A stretch of 64,000 nucleotides of DNA. It comes from Deltaproteobacteria bacterium HGW-Deltaproteobacteria-22 (GTDB lineage Bacteria > Myxococcota_A > Polyangia > HGW-17). Shown piece by piece: positions 1-13,000 of this stretch. The notes beneath the pieces were generated by a model. The model was given only the letters and a program-made list of their open reading frames with translations. It was not told the origin of the DNA and ran no database searches. The stretch spans positions 3,107 through 67,106 of the forward strand of contig PHAZ01000001.1 of NCBI GenBank assembly GCA_002841825.1, given 5' to 3'. Within the stretch, counting starts at the first letter, position 1, and the number at the start of each line of letters is the position of its first letter. The translations under genes and the position numbers were made by a program.

Positions 1-377
1 CCGCGGTGTTCGGGATCCCGCTCGAGCCGATACTGGACCAGACATGAATCCGACTCGTGCGCGTTCTTGCGGGTGGGCCGGTGAGACATCGTGGAAAAGG
101 TGATCTCCATGCCGCCAACATCAGGCTGGGCCCGGAAGAACGTCCGCTTGAACTCGGCGGACGTGTCCTCACCCAGCGACAGATAGGCCATGTTCATATC
201 CTGCACGAACATGTCCAGGGCCGCGGCCGTGGCCTGCGTCTGGTCGGCGCGAAGCTCCGAGAGTTCCTGCGCGGCGCGGGTCGTCCGGATCGTGCTGTAT
301 AAAATGAAGGACATGAACGCGATGAGCGTGATGGACACCATCACTTCGATCAGGGTGAAACCGCGGGATGAATTCAT
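1..377 (-). CDS. gspJ: Type II secretion minor pseudopilin J (partial, runs off left edge)
   Basis: Hand translation from ATG at 377 gives MNSSRGFTLIEVMVSITLIAFMSFIL..., a prepilin G|FTLIE motif; ATGA overlap with the gspI stop; position in the operon. Confidence 0.75.
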   Translation of the reverse strand, partial: MNSSRGFTLIEVMVSITLIAFMSFILYSTIRTTRAAQELSELRADQTQATAAALDMFVQDMNMAYLSLGEDTSAEFKRTFFRAQPDVGGMEITFSTMSHRPTRKNAHESDSCLVQYRLERDPEHR

Positions 378-1126
378 CGAACCCTACCCCCGCTCGTGCC
401 GCCTGTGCCGCCCGTGCCGCCCGTACCGCCCGTGCCACCCGTGCCACCCGTGCCGCCGCCGGTCAGCCCTGAAAGATCAAGGATGTTCTGGTCCAGAACC
501 GCCGGGTCGGTGAAGAACGCGATCAGTTCATAGCTCCTCTCCTTTTTCCCGACGCGCCAGGCCACGACGACGCGAACCCGCCGCACGGCTTGTTCCATGA
601 CGTTCTGGATGGTGGAGAGTGCTGTCGTTAAAAAGCTACCCATCATACCGGTCAGGCCCGACATCACATCACTGTCGCCGCCCGGGATCATCTGGGTCAG
701 CAGATCCTGCATGAAGGGAGGAATCGTGCTGTCGGCCGGCGCTCCCTCCCCGGAGCCGTCATCGAGCCCTAGCCCGCCGGCGAGCTGCTGCTGCAGCATG
801 GACATGTCGGGTATCTCAATTTTTTCGATGTACACACAATACGTGAACAGTTCCGTACCCTCGAGTTGATCCGATTCAAAATCGCCGCACATCTCGCCTT
901 CAAACGTACCGAAGCCTTCCTTGCGCAGCAGTTGTTCGGTCTCCAATATTTTATAGTTGGCCAAATGAATACCCTGCAACTGCAGCCGCGCCTCGATGTT
1001 GCGTGTGATCGAGTCCGTCTGTCCCTTGAGAATCCAGATCAGGGACATGGCCAGGATGGTCAGGGCTATCATCACCTCGAGCAGAGTGAAGCCCCCGGAC
1101 GCATGATGAAGGTTAATCCTCTTCAT
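374..1126 (-). CDS. gspI: Type II secretion minor pseudopilin I
   Basis: MKRINLHHASGG|FTLLEVMIALTIL prepilin motif; ...VRRVRVVVAW motif; C-terminal (GGT)n tail. Confidence 0.75.
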   Translation of the reverse strand: MKRINLHHASGGFTLLEVMIALTILAMSLIWILKGQTDSITRNIEARLQLQGIHLANYKILETEQLLRKEGFGTFEGEMCGDFESDQLEGTELFTYCVYIEKIEIPDMSMLQQQLAGGLGLDDGSGEGAPADSTIPPFMQDLLTQMIPGGDSDVMSGLTGMMGSFLTTALSTIQNVMEQAVRRVRVVVAWRVGKKERSYELIAFFTDPAVLDQNILDLSGLTGGGTGGTGGTGGTGGTGGTGGTSGGRVR

Positions 1127-1898
1127 CGTCGTCCTCCGGCGGCAGCAGGTTGCCCTCGGCGTCCTCGCACAGGTCTCCGGGCACAACGAAGCCCGACTCG
1201 TAGCGGACGTGTCCGGTCATGGGTTCCACAATCACCGAAAGTTCGTGTTCGGCCGTGGAGCGCAACAGGATGACCGCTCCCCAGTTGGTGCCGTTTGGAT
1301 AGAAGGCCAGACTGACCAGACCGCTGGTAAACTCCTTGTTCATGCAGGGGAATGTCACCGAGGCGATACGGACGTTCTCCAGCACGATCTCGGTCTTCAT
1401 CTGCGTCTCGAGGGCTTCCCACTGGGACAGCGGCGGCAAAAAAGGCTTGCCCGGATCCGCGGCGCCCAACGGCCCCACGGGATTACTCAGATCCATCCTG
1501 GTCCAGTTCTCGTACCGCCACTCCAGCGTCTCCTCTTCCTCCTCGTCGACGCGGGGATCCCGGTGGGGCAGTGCCACGCCGGGCGGGAAACGCTCGACCT
1601 TCAGGACGGGACTTTCCTTGTCCAGATCCATCACCAGGCGCAGGAGCGTGCGCGAGGTGCGGGCCCTTCCCGACAGAAAGCGCACGCCGCCGGCGAACTT
1701 CCGGCCGGCCTCCCGCAGTTGCATCTTGGGCAGTTGCGAGTAGCTCACCGCCACTGCCCCGAACAGCATCGCGACGATGACCACGACGATCAGCACCTCG
1801 ATCAGCGTGAAGCCAGCGCCTTTTACGCACCGGTTTCGGCTTCCGGGGTGGATCTTCCGGGTCCGGGCCCGGGGGGTTCTACTGGCCGCAATCTTCAT
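1113..1898 (-). CDS. gspH: Type II secretion minor pseudopilin H
   Basis: GAG|FTLIEVLIVVVIV motif; FYPNG and VEPMTGHV C-terminal motifs; start codon uncertain. Confidence 0.7.
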   Translation of the reverse strand: MKIAASRTPRARTRKIHPGSRNRCVKGAGFTLIEVLIVVVIVAMLFGAVAVSYSQLPKMQLREAGRKFAGGVRFLSGRARTSRTLLRLVMDLDKESPVLKVERFPPGVALPHRDPRVDEEEEETLEWRYENWTRMDLSNPVGPLGAADPGKPFLPPLSQWEALETQMKTEIVLENVRIASVTFPCMNKEFTSGLVSLAFYPNGTNWGAVILLRSTAEHELSVIVEPMTGHVRYESGFVVPGDLCEDAEGNLLPPEDDDEED

Positions 1899-2322
1899 CT
1901 TTGATGTCATCTCCGGTCCCGAAATTTTCATCGGGACCTGCAGAGTACACGCAGAACGATCGTTCAACCTTCTCCACCCGGATCTCGTTGCCCCAGGCGT
2001 CGGACAGATCCTTTTTCTTGAAGGAGCCATCGGAGATCAGGGTCTCCAGCATGGCCTTGCCGTCCTTGCCCTTGTTCTCGGGCTCGGCCGCTTCGGCGTT
2101 GATGGTCGCGGCGATCCGGTTCACCTGGGTCTGGGTGGTCTTCTTTTTTGCCTTCTTCAGATACGACATGACGCCGACGGTGACGGCGCCCATGACCATA
2201 CCCATGATGACGATGACGACCATGATCTCGATGAGCGTCATACCCAGTTGACGCCGACGGGTGTTATTTCCGGCAGGGCGGGGATCCATGTGTTCGCTGG
2301 CTTGTACTTGATTCTCAGACAT
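1879..2322 (-). CDS. gspG: Type II secretion major pseudopilin G
   Basis: G|MTLIEIMVVIVI plus DAWGN and SAGPDENFGTGDDI, the GspG C-terminal signature. Confidence 0.9.
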   Translation of the reverse strand: MSENQVQASEHMDPRPAGNNTRRRQLGMTLIEIMVVIVIMGMVMGAVTVGVMSYLKKAKKKTTQTQVNRIAATINAEAAEPENKGKDGKAMLETLISDGSFKKKDLSDAWGNEIRVEKVERSFCVYSAGPDENFGTGDDIKDEDCGQ

Positions 2323-2330
2323 GACGACTC

Positions 2331-3563
2331 CTATACTCCTATGTTGTTCATCTGCATGATCGGCATCAGGATGGACATGACGATGAAGGCCACCATCCCA
2401 CCCATCACCAGGATCATCAGCGGCTCGAGCACCGACGTGAGCTTGGAGAGCGTGGTCTCCACCTCGTTGTCGTACGTGACCGCAACATTGTTTAACATTT
2501 GTTCTAATTGACCAGATTTTTCACCAATTGCCACCATATGACTGACCAACGGAGGGAACTCCCCGGAGCGCTCCATGACACGCGCCATGCTCTCACCCTC
2601 GCGTACGGCCACGGCCACGTCATCGACGACCTCCTGCAGGCGGGTGTTTCCCATGACGCTCCGGGAGATGTCCAGCGACTGCAGGATCGGCACGCCCGAG
2701 TGAAGCATGGTGCCCAGCGTGCTGGAGAACCGGGCGATGGAGATGATCCGCACCAACTGACCGACCAGGGGCACGTGCAGCAGGAAGCGGTCCCACAGGT
2801 GACGCCCCGACTCGGAGCGCTTCCAACGCTTGAATCCAAACACGACGGCGATGATCCCCAGGATCAGCAAGTACCATGAATTGCTGATGAAGTTGCTGAA
2901 ACCGATCAGCAGCCGGGTATAGATCGGCAGGGTCTGGCCACTGTCCTCGAACACGGTCACCACGTTGGGGACGACCGTGGTCATGAGCAGGCCCACCATG
3001 CCCGAGGTGATGAAAACCATGATCACCGGATAGGTCATCGCCGAGGAGACCTTGTCCTTGAGTTTCTGCTGACGCTCAAGATACTCCGCCAGCGAGAACA
3101 GCACGGTGTCGAGGTTACCCGAAGCCTCGCCGGAGCGGACCATGGATACATAAAAAACATTGAACTCTTTAGGATGCGCCATTAAGGCATCGGCCAGCGA
3201 GCGCCCTTCGTTGACGGTCCGCCGTACGGTAAAAACGAGGGTGGCCAGTTTTTTTTGTCCTTTATCACTCTGGAGTTGGTCCGCAATGGCGGCCAGACTC
3301 TCGGTCAGGGGCACGCCGGCCTTGAGCAGGGTCGCCAACTGGCGCGTGAACACGGCAATGGCCGAGGCTGAGACCCGGTTGATGAAGGATATGTCAACTT
3401 CGCGCTGCAGGCCCTTTCCCTTCTCCGTGGAAAGCTTGACTTCCTGCAGGAAAAGTCCCTCCTTGCGCAGTTGGGCACGCAGGGACTTCTCCGAGTCCGC
3501 ATCCCGGGTGCCCCGGACGGCTTTGCCGGAAGCGTTTAGGCATTTATAAACAAATACTGGCAT
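2331..3563 (-). CDS. gspF: Type II secretion inner-membrane platform protein F
   Basis: FTRQLATLLKAGVPL, GEASGNLD, YPVIM and GEKSGQLE..LEPLMI motifs; three TM segments. Confidence 0.95.
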   Translation of the reverse strand: MPVFVYKCLNASGKAVRGTRDADSEKSLRAQLRKEGLFLQEVKLSTEKGKGLQREVDISFINRVSASAIAVFTRQLATLLKAGVPLTESLAAIADQLQSDKGQKKLATLVFTVRRTVNEGRSLADALMAHPKEFNVFYVSMVRSGEASGNLDTVLFSLAEYLERQQKLKDKVSSAMTYPVIMVFITSGMVGLLMTTVVPNVVTVFEDSGQTLPIYTRLLIGFSNFISNSWYLLILGIIAVVFGFKRWKRSESGRHLWDRFLLHVPLVGQLVRIISIARFSSTLGTMLHSGVPILQSLDISRSVMGNTRLQEVVDDVAVAVREGESMARVMERSGEFPPLVSHMVAIGEKSGQLEQMLNNVAVTYDNEVETTLSKLTSVLEPLMILVMGGMVAFIVMSILMPIMQMNNIGV

Positions 3564-3576
3564 GCCCAGTCCTTTC

Positions 3577-5352
<1,776 letters not shown>

Positions 5353-5368
5353 CTCCCGGCCGGCTTCG

Positions 5369-5480
5369 GTGTCTTGCCGTCAGCCGGAGGCGTCTTGCCG
5401 TCAGCCGGAGGCGTCTTGCCGTCAGCCGGAGGCGTCTTGCCGTCAGCCGCCGTCAGCCGGAGGCGTCTTGCCGTCAGCCG
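5369..5480. repeat. 21-bp tandem repeat (GTCTTGCCGTCAGCCGGAGGC), about 5 units with one broken unit
   Basis: Read directly; encodes PADGKTP on the minus strand at the gspD 3' end. Confidence 0.9.
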
Positions 5481-8019
5481 GCTTCGGCTCCTCTTCGACC
5501 GGATCGGATTCATCGTCTTCGCGCATCTTCTGCAGCATCCGGTGTACTTCCTTGATGTCCCTCTTGTTCACGCTCACCGGCCCGGAGGAGTCCACGACCT
5601 TGTACTCATCCATTGCCTTCTTGCGCTGGATGATTTCTTCTTCCATGCGGTGGGCGGTCCGGTTGATGTCCTCGAAGAATCCATGCTTGTGTTTATAATT
5701 AATATCAGCCTCGAAATCCTGATCCCGGAAGGAGGAGTACTTCTCGATGAACTCCTTGCGAAGCTTCACTTTTTCCATGAAAATCCGGCGTAGGTCGCTC
5801 TCGTCGCGGATGATGTAAGGCGTGATGAAGATCAGGAGGTTGGTCTTCTCGGTGATCCGTGTGGTCGACTTGAACATGTAGCCCAGGATGGGGATGTCGC
5901 CCAGCAGGGGGACCTTCTGCACATTTTCCTTGATCTTTTCGGTGATCAGTCCACCGATGACCACGGTCTGCTGGTCCTTGACCACGACGACCGTCGTTGC
6001 CTTGCGCTTGGAGGTGGTCGGCCCCACGACCTGGTCGATGGACTTGACCTCGTTGATCTCCTGATCCACTTCCATGCGCACGAAGTCACTCTGGTTCACA
6101 TGCGGTGTGAGTTTCAACTTCAGCGCCACGTCCTGGCGCTGCACCGACACCATCGGCATCGAAGACAGGGCCGAAGATGAACTGGAGAACGAGGAGGCCA
6201 GTGAGGAAATGGAAGAATAGCCGCTCTGGAATGGCACGTTCTCACCGACGGTGATCTCGGCTTCCTCGTTGTCGGTGGTCAGGATGTGCGGTGAACTGAT
6301 GACATTGACCGCGTTGTTGCTCTGCAGCGCCTGGAACATCACGCCAAAGGAGGGGAAGGAGATGCCCGGGATGCCCAGCAGGGACTCGGCGTCCTTGATC
6401 TCGGGACCGCGCAGACCAACGGCCATACCCATCAGGGAGAGCGGGTTCATGATGATCGAGTTCATCGAGGAGTTCGTGATCGAGCCACCGAACAGGAAGG
6501 ACTGCTTGTCCCCGGAGCCCATCGGATCACCGCCATGGAACGACATGCCGATGTTGCGGGTCTTGTCCAGGGACACCTCAAGGATGGTCACTTCCACAAA
6601 GACCTGACGGCGAGGACGATCGAGCTCCTTGATGACGCGCTTGATGGACAGGAAATCTTTATTGGATGCCACAATCACCAGGGAGTTGGTAGCCGGATCC
6701 GGCTGGATCTGCACCGGACCCTGGAACAGGCTCTCGGCGTTGCCACCACCACCCCAACCGCCCATCGGATTATACCCACCGTATTGATTTCCGCCCCGCT
6801 GGTTCCGGTTGGTGTTCGTGCGGGAAGTACGCGAGGTTCGCGAGGTCGACGTCGTGCGGCTCGTACCGCTGTTGGTGCCGCCGGTCAGGGCCGACAGGAG
6901 GCTGGCCATGTCCTCGGCGACGGCGTTCTCGAGGTAGACGATGTTGATTTTTTCCTCACCGCCCGGAAGGGGGACGTCGAGCTTCTGGAACAGCGCGAGC
7001 AACTCCAGATAGGCCGCGTCATTCGCAACAATGATCAAACTATTCGTGCGAGGCTCGGCGATGATCTTCGAGATCGAGTTCTTCGTACCGACGTTCTGCA
7101 CACCACCGGACGTGGACGACGTCTGTGGATTATAGACCTTGGTCGGGGCCGTCTGACCGCGACGACGGCCTCCCATGTTGGGAGCCGTTGTGTTGTTGCC
7201 GCTGGAACCGCTTTCCGAGACATCGAACACTTCCGTCAACTTGGTGGCGATCTCCTCGGCATCGGCGTTCTTGACCTTCAGCACCCACACGCGTTCGTCA
7301 TGCACACCCTCGATATCGAGCTGGCTAAGAATCTTCAGCAGCCGGGTGATGCTGGTGCCCATGTCGGTGATGATCAGCAGGTTCGTCGGAGAATAGGTGG
7401 TGATGTCGCCATATTTGGACTTGAATTTACCCAGAATCTCGGCCACCTCCGACACGCTGGCATGCTTGACGTGAATCATCGCCGTGGTGAAGCTCTCGTT
7501 GTTGGCGACCGCCTCTCCGGGCACGGTCAACGGCTGGACGACCGAATTGGCTCCCGCTATCTCGATGACCTTGTAATACTGACCCGACTGCTGGATGGTC
7601 AGGTTCATCGCCTCCAGGGAAGACAGAAAAGCCTTGTACGCCTCGTACGCGGTCACTTCCGAGGGACTGTAGATGGTCACGCGCTGCGCCCGCAGTCCTG
7701 CGCTGACGATGAAGCGTTTGCACGTGATCGAGGAAATCCAGGAGACCAGATCGGCCAGTGTGGACTCCGGCTTGAGCGTGACCTTCATCTTCCGATAGCC
7801 TGGGATGTTCTTGCATTCGTTGAAATTCGGATCATCCTTGGCCGTCCCTGCATCCCCGGTCGAGCCAGGCGCAGGTGGCTTGGCCCCCGATGTGTTGCCG
7901 GGCTGTACGGTGGGCCGGATCGGACGCGAAATCGGGGATGGCTGGGCCAGACCCGTTCCCGGAACAAGGGAGGCACAAAAGAATGTGACAAATAAGAGAT
8001 TACGCATCATCATCTCCAA
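5443..8019 (-). CDS. gspD: Type II secretion secretin D
   Basis: Signal peptide, repeated N domains (TNLLII, TNSLII, TNSLVI), secretin domain LDRPRRQVFVEV...KVPLLGDIPILGYMF...LLIFITPYII. Confidence 0.95.
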   Translation of the reverse strand: MEMMMRNLLFVTFFCASLVPGTGLAQPSPISRPIRPTVQPGNTSGAKPPAPGSTGDAGTAKDDPNFNECKNIPGYRKMKVTLKPESTLADLVSWISSITCKRFIVSAGLRAQRVTIYSPSEVTAYEAYKAFLSSLEAMNLTIQQSGQYYKVIEIAGANSVVQPLTVPGEAVANNESFTTAMIHVKHASVSEVAEILGKFKSKYGDITTYSPTNLLIITDMGTSITRLLKILSQLDIEGVHDERVWVLKVKNADAEEIATKLTEVFDVSESGSSGNNTTAPNMGGRRRGQTAPTKVYNPQTSSTSGGVQNVGTKNSISKIIAEPRTNSLIIVANDAAYLELLALFQKLDVPLPGGEEKINIVYLENAVAEDMASLLSALTGGTNSGTSRTTSTSRTSRTSRTNTNRNQRGGNQYGGYNPMGGWGGGGNAESLFQGPVQIQPDPATNSLVIVASNKDFLSIKRVIKELDRPRRQVFVEVTILEVSLDKTRNIGMSFHGGDPMGSGDKQSFLFGGSITNSSMNSIIMNPLSLMGMAVGLRGPEIKDAESLLGIPGISFPSFGVMFQALQSNNAVNVISSPHILTTDNEEAEITVGENVPFQSGYSSISSLASSFSSSSSALSSMPMVSVQRQDVALKLKLTPHVNQSDFVRMEVDQEINEVKSIDQVVGPTTSKRKATTVVVVKDQQTVVIGGLITEKIKENVQKVPLLGDIPILGYMFKSTTRITEKTNLLIFITPYIIRDESDLRRIFMEKVKLRKEFIEKYSSFRDQDFEADINYKHKHGFFEDINRTAHRMEEEIIQRKKAMDEYKVVDSSGPVSVNKRDIKEVHRMLQKMREDDESDPVEEEPKPADGKTPPADGG

Positions 8020-8022
8020 ATA

Positions 8023-8934
8023 TTACCGGATGGAATAATCCATGTTGATCGTCTGGCCGCCGCGGTTGAGCGAGAGGGTCAGATGGTTGGCGTCCTTGAG
8101 CTTGGTGTACAGGGCGAACGTCTGATCAATGGAATCCAGTTGAATGTTGTTGACCGAGGAAATAACGTCCCCGGAGCGGATTCCCAACTTGTAGAACACG
8201 GAAAACGAGCGAACAAAGGAAACCTTGAAGCCGCCGTTGGCATCGGGCATCACCCGGGCGCCGCTGCTGGCTGAGGCCATGTTCTTCATGAAATCGGTGA
8301 TCACCGCCTTGTCCACTTCATATTTATAAGGCCCGACCTGCTGGATCCTGCCGTCATCGCCCTTGGCGTTGGCGGCCCCCGGCGGCGGGGTCGTCGTGGC
8401 CACCACCGGACTGTTCTTGGGCTCGCCCATCAGGTTCAGCACTTTCTCCTGCCCTCCCTGGGTGAACACCACGCGCTTGGACTCGATCGCCACCACCGTG
8501 GCGTCCCCGAGGGCATCGCCCTCCGACAGCAGCACGAACTTGGCCTCCGCATGGGTGGTGAGGGCCACTGTGGCCAGGGAGTCCTTCGGGTTCTTCGCCA
8601 TCATCGTGACAACGAGTTCGGCACCCTCCAGCGAGGCGGCCGCCGGCGGCTCCCCTCCGGCGGTGGCGGTTCCCGCCAGATCGTCCAGGGAAATCGGTTC
8701 GCAGGTGGCACAGAAGATGTTTCTGCGCAACACCCCCCGCAGGTCGGCGACCCACTCCGGCTTCTTGGGGGACGTATCCACCAAGGCCACCGGCCGGCGG
8801 GACGTATCGAGCCGTGGTGCGGAATACAGTTTCCAGGCTACGATATCGGCCGCAATCACACCGGCTCCCAGTCCCTGGAGCAGGACCAGTGTCGCCTGAA
8901 TCAGATGGGGATAAAAACGTGCCAGACCTTCCAT
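8023..8934 (-). CDS. gspC: Type II secretion protein C (HR domain plus PDZ)
   Basis: N-terminal TM, HR-like domain, C-terminal PDZ (GFKVSFVR..LGIRSGDVISSVN); first gene of the operon. Confidence 0.85.
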   Translation of the reverse strand: MEGLARFYPHLIQATLVLLQGLGAGVIAADIVAWKLYSAPRLDTSRRPVALVDTSPKKPEWVADLRGVLRRNIFCATCEPISLDDLAGTATAGGEPPAAASLEGAELVVTMMAKNPKDSLATVALTTHAEAKFVLLSEGDALGDATVVAIESKRVVFTQGGQEKVLNLMGEPKNSPVVATTTPPPGAANAKGDDGRIQQVGPYKYEVDKAVITDFMKNMASASSGARVMPDANGGFKVSFVRSFSVFYKLGIRSGDVISSVNNIQLDSIDQTFALYTKLKDANHLTLSLNRGGQTINMDYSIR

Positions 8935-8999
8935 GTGTTCGCCAACTCCCGCATGAACCCGGCGGAAAACCGTTCATGTCGCGCCGGACAGGCCGCTAG

Positions 9000-9015
9000 T
9001 GCAAGAACCGGGCCT
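9000..9015 (-). promoter_or_regulatory. Candidate sigma54 -24/-12 promoter for the gsp operon
   Basis: Minus strand reads AGGCCCGGTTCTTGCA (GG-N10-GC with TTGC), ~65 bp upstream of gspC. Confidence 0.45.
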
Positions 9016-9128
9016 GCCCGAAAGCATTCCGCATCATCATGATTTTTCCTGTCAATTCAAGGAAAATCGAAGATGTTTGCCAATTTGACAAACCGGTTTG
9101 ATCACTCCCTGAAAAATGTGTCAAATTG

Positions 9129-10004
9129 TCACAGCCGGCAGCGCTCGAAAAGGTCCAGATGCACCTCGGGCGAAAGTTGTTCGGGACGGAGCTGGAGGGA
9201 GAACGGCGGGGCCGCGCGCAACGCTTGGATCCGATCGGCGGAAAGCATCGAAGCCATGATGTTGCCCATCTGCTTTCGGCGCATCGAAAAGATCCGGGTC
9301 AGCCAGACCGAGAGGGCGTTCCAGTCGACGTTCCGGGCTGGCCGCGGCTCAAAGCGCACGACCGAGGAGGTGATCTTGGGGGCCGGCGAGAAGGACCCGG
9401 GACTCACATGAAAGCAGATCGTGCACCCGGCCGCCAGTTGCGCGACCACCGAGAGAAGTCCGTACTCCCTGGAATGGGGACCGGCCACGATCCGCTGCGC
9501 CACCTCGCGCTGGAACATCAACACCCACGGTGAGCCCGCACGTGCAGTCCGGATCAGGGCGAATAAAATCCTCGCGGCCACGCAGTACGGCAGGTTTCCA
9601 ATCACGGCCGGCGTGAACACGCCGGGCGGCGTGGGAACGCCGGGCGAAGTGATGTCGCCGGGTGCTATGACGCCGGTTTTCCCCGCTTGCAGCAGAGAAG
9701 ACAAATCAAGCGTCGTGGCATCCTCTTCGAGCAGGGAGAAGTGAGGATCCGCCCCGAACCGGTGCGTCAGATATGCAGCCGACTCCCGGTGCGGCTCGAT
9801 GGCGATCACCTCAAATCCGCGCGCGAGCAACTCGGTCGTGAGCGCACCCCTGCCAGACCCGATCTCAATCACCGGCCTGGCCTGCACCGGCAACAGATCC
9901 ACGATTTTCTCGATGACCCCACCATTGATTAGATAATTCTGACCCCAGGCTTTGCTCGGGATCCACTGTCCCAGCCACCCTTCACCCGTTCCAGACATGG
10001 ACAC
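9129..10004 (-). CDS. rsmA: 16S rRNA adenine dimethyltransferase RsmA/KsgA
   Basis: GQNYL, VIEIGSGRGALT (SAM binding), GNLPY, MFQREVAQRI, F.PAPKITSSVV. Confidence 0.92.
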   Translation of the reverse strand: MSMSGTGEGWLGQWIPSKAWGQNYLINGGVIEKIVDLLPVQARPVIEIGSGRGALTTELLARGFEVIAIEPHRESAAYLTHRFGADPHFSLLEEDATTLDLSSLLQAGKTGVIAPGDITSPGVPTPPGVFTPAVIGNLPYCVAARILFALIRTARAGSPWVLMFQREVAQRIVAGPHSREYGLLSVVAQLAAGCTICFHVSPGSFSPAPKITSSVVRFEPRPARNVDWNALSVWLTRIFSMRRKQMGNIMASMLSADRIQALRAAPPFSLQLRPEQLSPEVHLDLFERCRL

Positions 10005-13000
10005 TATTCCCCACCAAGCAAAAGCAGAAGGCGCAAGGCTTCGTCCTTCATGGGTCCGTCAGGCACCAGGGTGGCATACTTCTTCACGTACTTGATGGCC
10101 ATCTGCCGGTTGCCGGTTTCCTTGTACGCGCCGCCGAGCAGCCGGCAGGTCTCCGCCAGCATGGATTCGACGGTTTCCGTCTGCCAGTGCGCAGCCTCTT
10201 CCGGAATTATTTGATCCTGCAATACTTTTTCAAGCTCCTCTGCCACGAACTGGAGATGCGGAATCGCCGGCCGCAGAGTACCGTTGGCCAACAGGGTCTT
10301 GCCAAGCAGATAGCGCGCCAGAATATTTTTATTATTCGCTTTGACCGCTTTGGCAAAGGAGGTCTCGGCTTCCCGTTTCTGGCGCAGCGAAACGTGGCAT
10401 CGGCCTTCCAGTATATACCGCTGAACCTCCTCAATTCCGGAGTCTTTGGTTTTTTCCAGCAGGTTCAGGGCTTCCTTCGGGTTGTTCTGGGTGGCCAGGA
10501 TCTGGGCTTTCTTAAAAAGAAATGGACCATAATCAGGGCTCTTCCTCAGTCCGGCGTCCATCGCCGCCAGCGCCATGTGCGGGCGCTTCAGCCGGCTCTC
10601 GAGCTCGGACCACCGCATGAACCATCCATGCACGGGCTGATTCATGGCCTGCACTGCCTGAACGATGGTCTTCTCGCCTGATTCGGGCTGACCGCTCTCC
10701 AGTTGAATGAAGCCGATCAGGAACAGGGCTTCGGCGTCCTGTGGATTGGCCTTGATGGCTTTCTCCGCAAAAAACCGGGAGCGCATCAGACGATCCTTTC
10801 TCGTCCCCGACAGGTACAACTGTGCAGCAACCTTGTAGAACAGCGGTTCACGGAAGATTTCCTGGTACTTGTCGAGAATCTGGTGAGCTTCCTGCACTTT
10901 TCCAGCCAACCCCAGGATAGCCACCAGCGCCGCGGCTGATCGTGCCCCTGGAGAAACCCGCTGGAGTTGGGAATCCGCCCAGATCACGGCCTGATTATCT
11001 TTGGAATCCATCATGCGTGCCATCATCACGAGCCCGTCGATCTCCAGCATTGTTGAGCCCTTGATTTTCAGGCTTTCACCGGCCTGGATCATTTTTTTCC
11101 AGTCCTGCGCCTGCAGGGCCTGGACCAGGGTGAGTATCCCCAGAAAATCCTTCACCAACTGGGTCTCGTCTTTTTTATCAGCCACCCAAGCCAACACAGC
11201 CGTCTCCACCTGTCCAGCCAGGTCCGGGCGTTGCCAGACTCCGGTCCACAGATACTCCAGCGTCCTGGGGAGATCAGCCGTCAGGCCGGCCTGAATGGCT
11301 GCCTGAACATCCTCGGTTTCGGCCCCGGACAGCATCAGGATCAACGGTGCCAGCACCAGGCTCCCGGCTGGATCCTGTTTCTTCAAATCCTCCCAGGCAC
11401 TCAAAGCAGGATTTTTCCGGCCTTCGATGATCCATGCCAGAATCGTCGGGGCTTCCTGATTGAGGTTGACCGTCGTTGAAAATTTCCCTAATTGTCCATG
11501 GAACAAGCGCATCCGGCTGCACAGGCGCCAAACCGTACGGTCCTGCTCATCCTCGGCGATGGCCTTGTCACACAGGGAATTGGCTGCGTCGAGTTGACCA
11601 CCCTCCCAGGCAGCGAGCGATGAAAAGGCAAAATTGATGGCCCGGAATCGCCGTCCGATCTTTTCAAGCACCGCGGGTTCCGGAACCGGTATCCGCGGGA
11701 ACTCTCCGGGAAATGCCAGGAAAGTGAACGAGTCCTGGTTCTTTTCATCATACTGAAAGCCTTTCAGTAGCGAGTTCCAGATCGCATTTTCCGGCTTCTC
11801 GCTCAAGGCGGAGATGGCCGATTCGTCCCCGAGCCGCGCGAGGAACCAGGTCACTCCGAACGAGGGTGTCGTCTCCGTGTTGTTCACCAACTGAAAAGCC
11901 TCCCTGGCTTTTTTGGGGGCCTTTTTCACCATCTGTAACACACCACCGAGGAAGTTCCACACCGGGGCACGGTTGTTCTGGCTGCGCGAAGCCGAGAGAA
12001 TTTCTTCCATGACCTTGACCGGATCCGTCATTGTTCCGGTGAAGAAACGTTCCATCTGGGTCTGTCTTGGATTCTGGGTCAGCAAGAGTGCTCGGAAAAA
12101 CTGGAAGCGCCTCGTCTCGTTGTCACCGGTGGAGTTGATGGGGGTCTGCAGAAACTTCTTGCACGACTCCAGCGGCTCGAACTCATGGTAGAACCAGGCC
12201 AGTATCAACGCGGATTCACAATGAATCATCGCATCACCGCGTGACGAAGCCAGCAGTTTTGGATAATCCAGGTTCAGGATGTTCTTCTCGTGTTCGGAAA
12301 TGACCGCCGCCGTTGGTTTGGGCGAGGTCGGCATGGTGTGCCTTTCTTTCGTGGAGCCTGATTTTCCCGAGAAAGGACCGATCCTGAACTGATATGCCGC
12401 GGCCAACGCGAGCAGCAGGACCAGCGGAATCAGCATGAGGACCCTTCGGTTTCCCGAATCCGACCGTTTTTGCGAGGGTCTGTCCGGGCGCCTGTCCGTC
12501 ATCGGCTCATCGTCGAGGGTCAATGGAATCGTCTCTTCGTCCGATACCGACTGCGACGCCGCCACGGCTCCCGGATCGTGATCCACATGATGATCAAGGT
12601 CCAGTCCGCTCCGGCTCTTCTCAGCAGAACCCTTCTGGTTCAGTATCGAGAGATCCAGGTGATCCGAACTCTCAAAGAGACTGGGCGGCATCTCCAGTTT
12701 TTTCGAACCGACGGTTCCGTGGGAGTCGCCATTGATTTCCAGCGGTTTCATGCCCCCTGGATTGAGGTCCATCCTGATCTCGGGAACAAGTCCTCCCCCC
12801 AGCGGCGGAAGGGAAAACTCACGATTCTTGTCCTGGTCTTCATCCTCGGCGGCGGATCGGGACAAGGCATCCGATAGGCTTAACGACAGATCCCTGCGAT
12901 CCCCTGGCATGGATCCGGTGGAGCCGGGGAGGTTCGCAGGTTGTCCGGGTAGTTCTGACTTCGAACCGGGGAGGTTCGCCGGTTGTCCCGGCAGCTCTGA

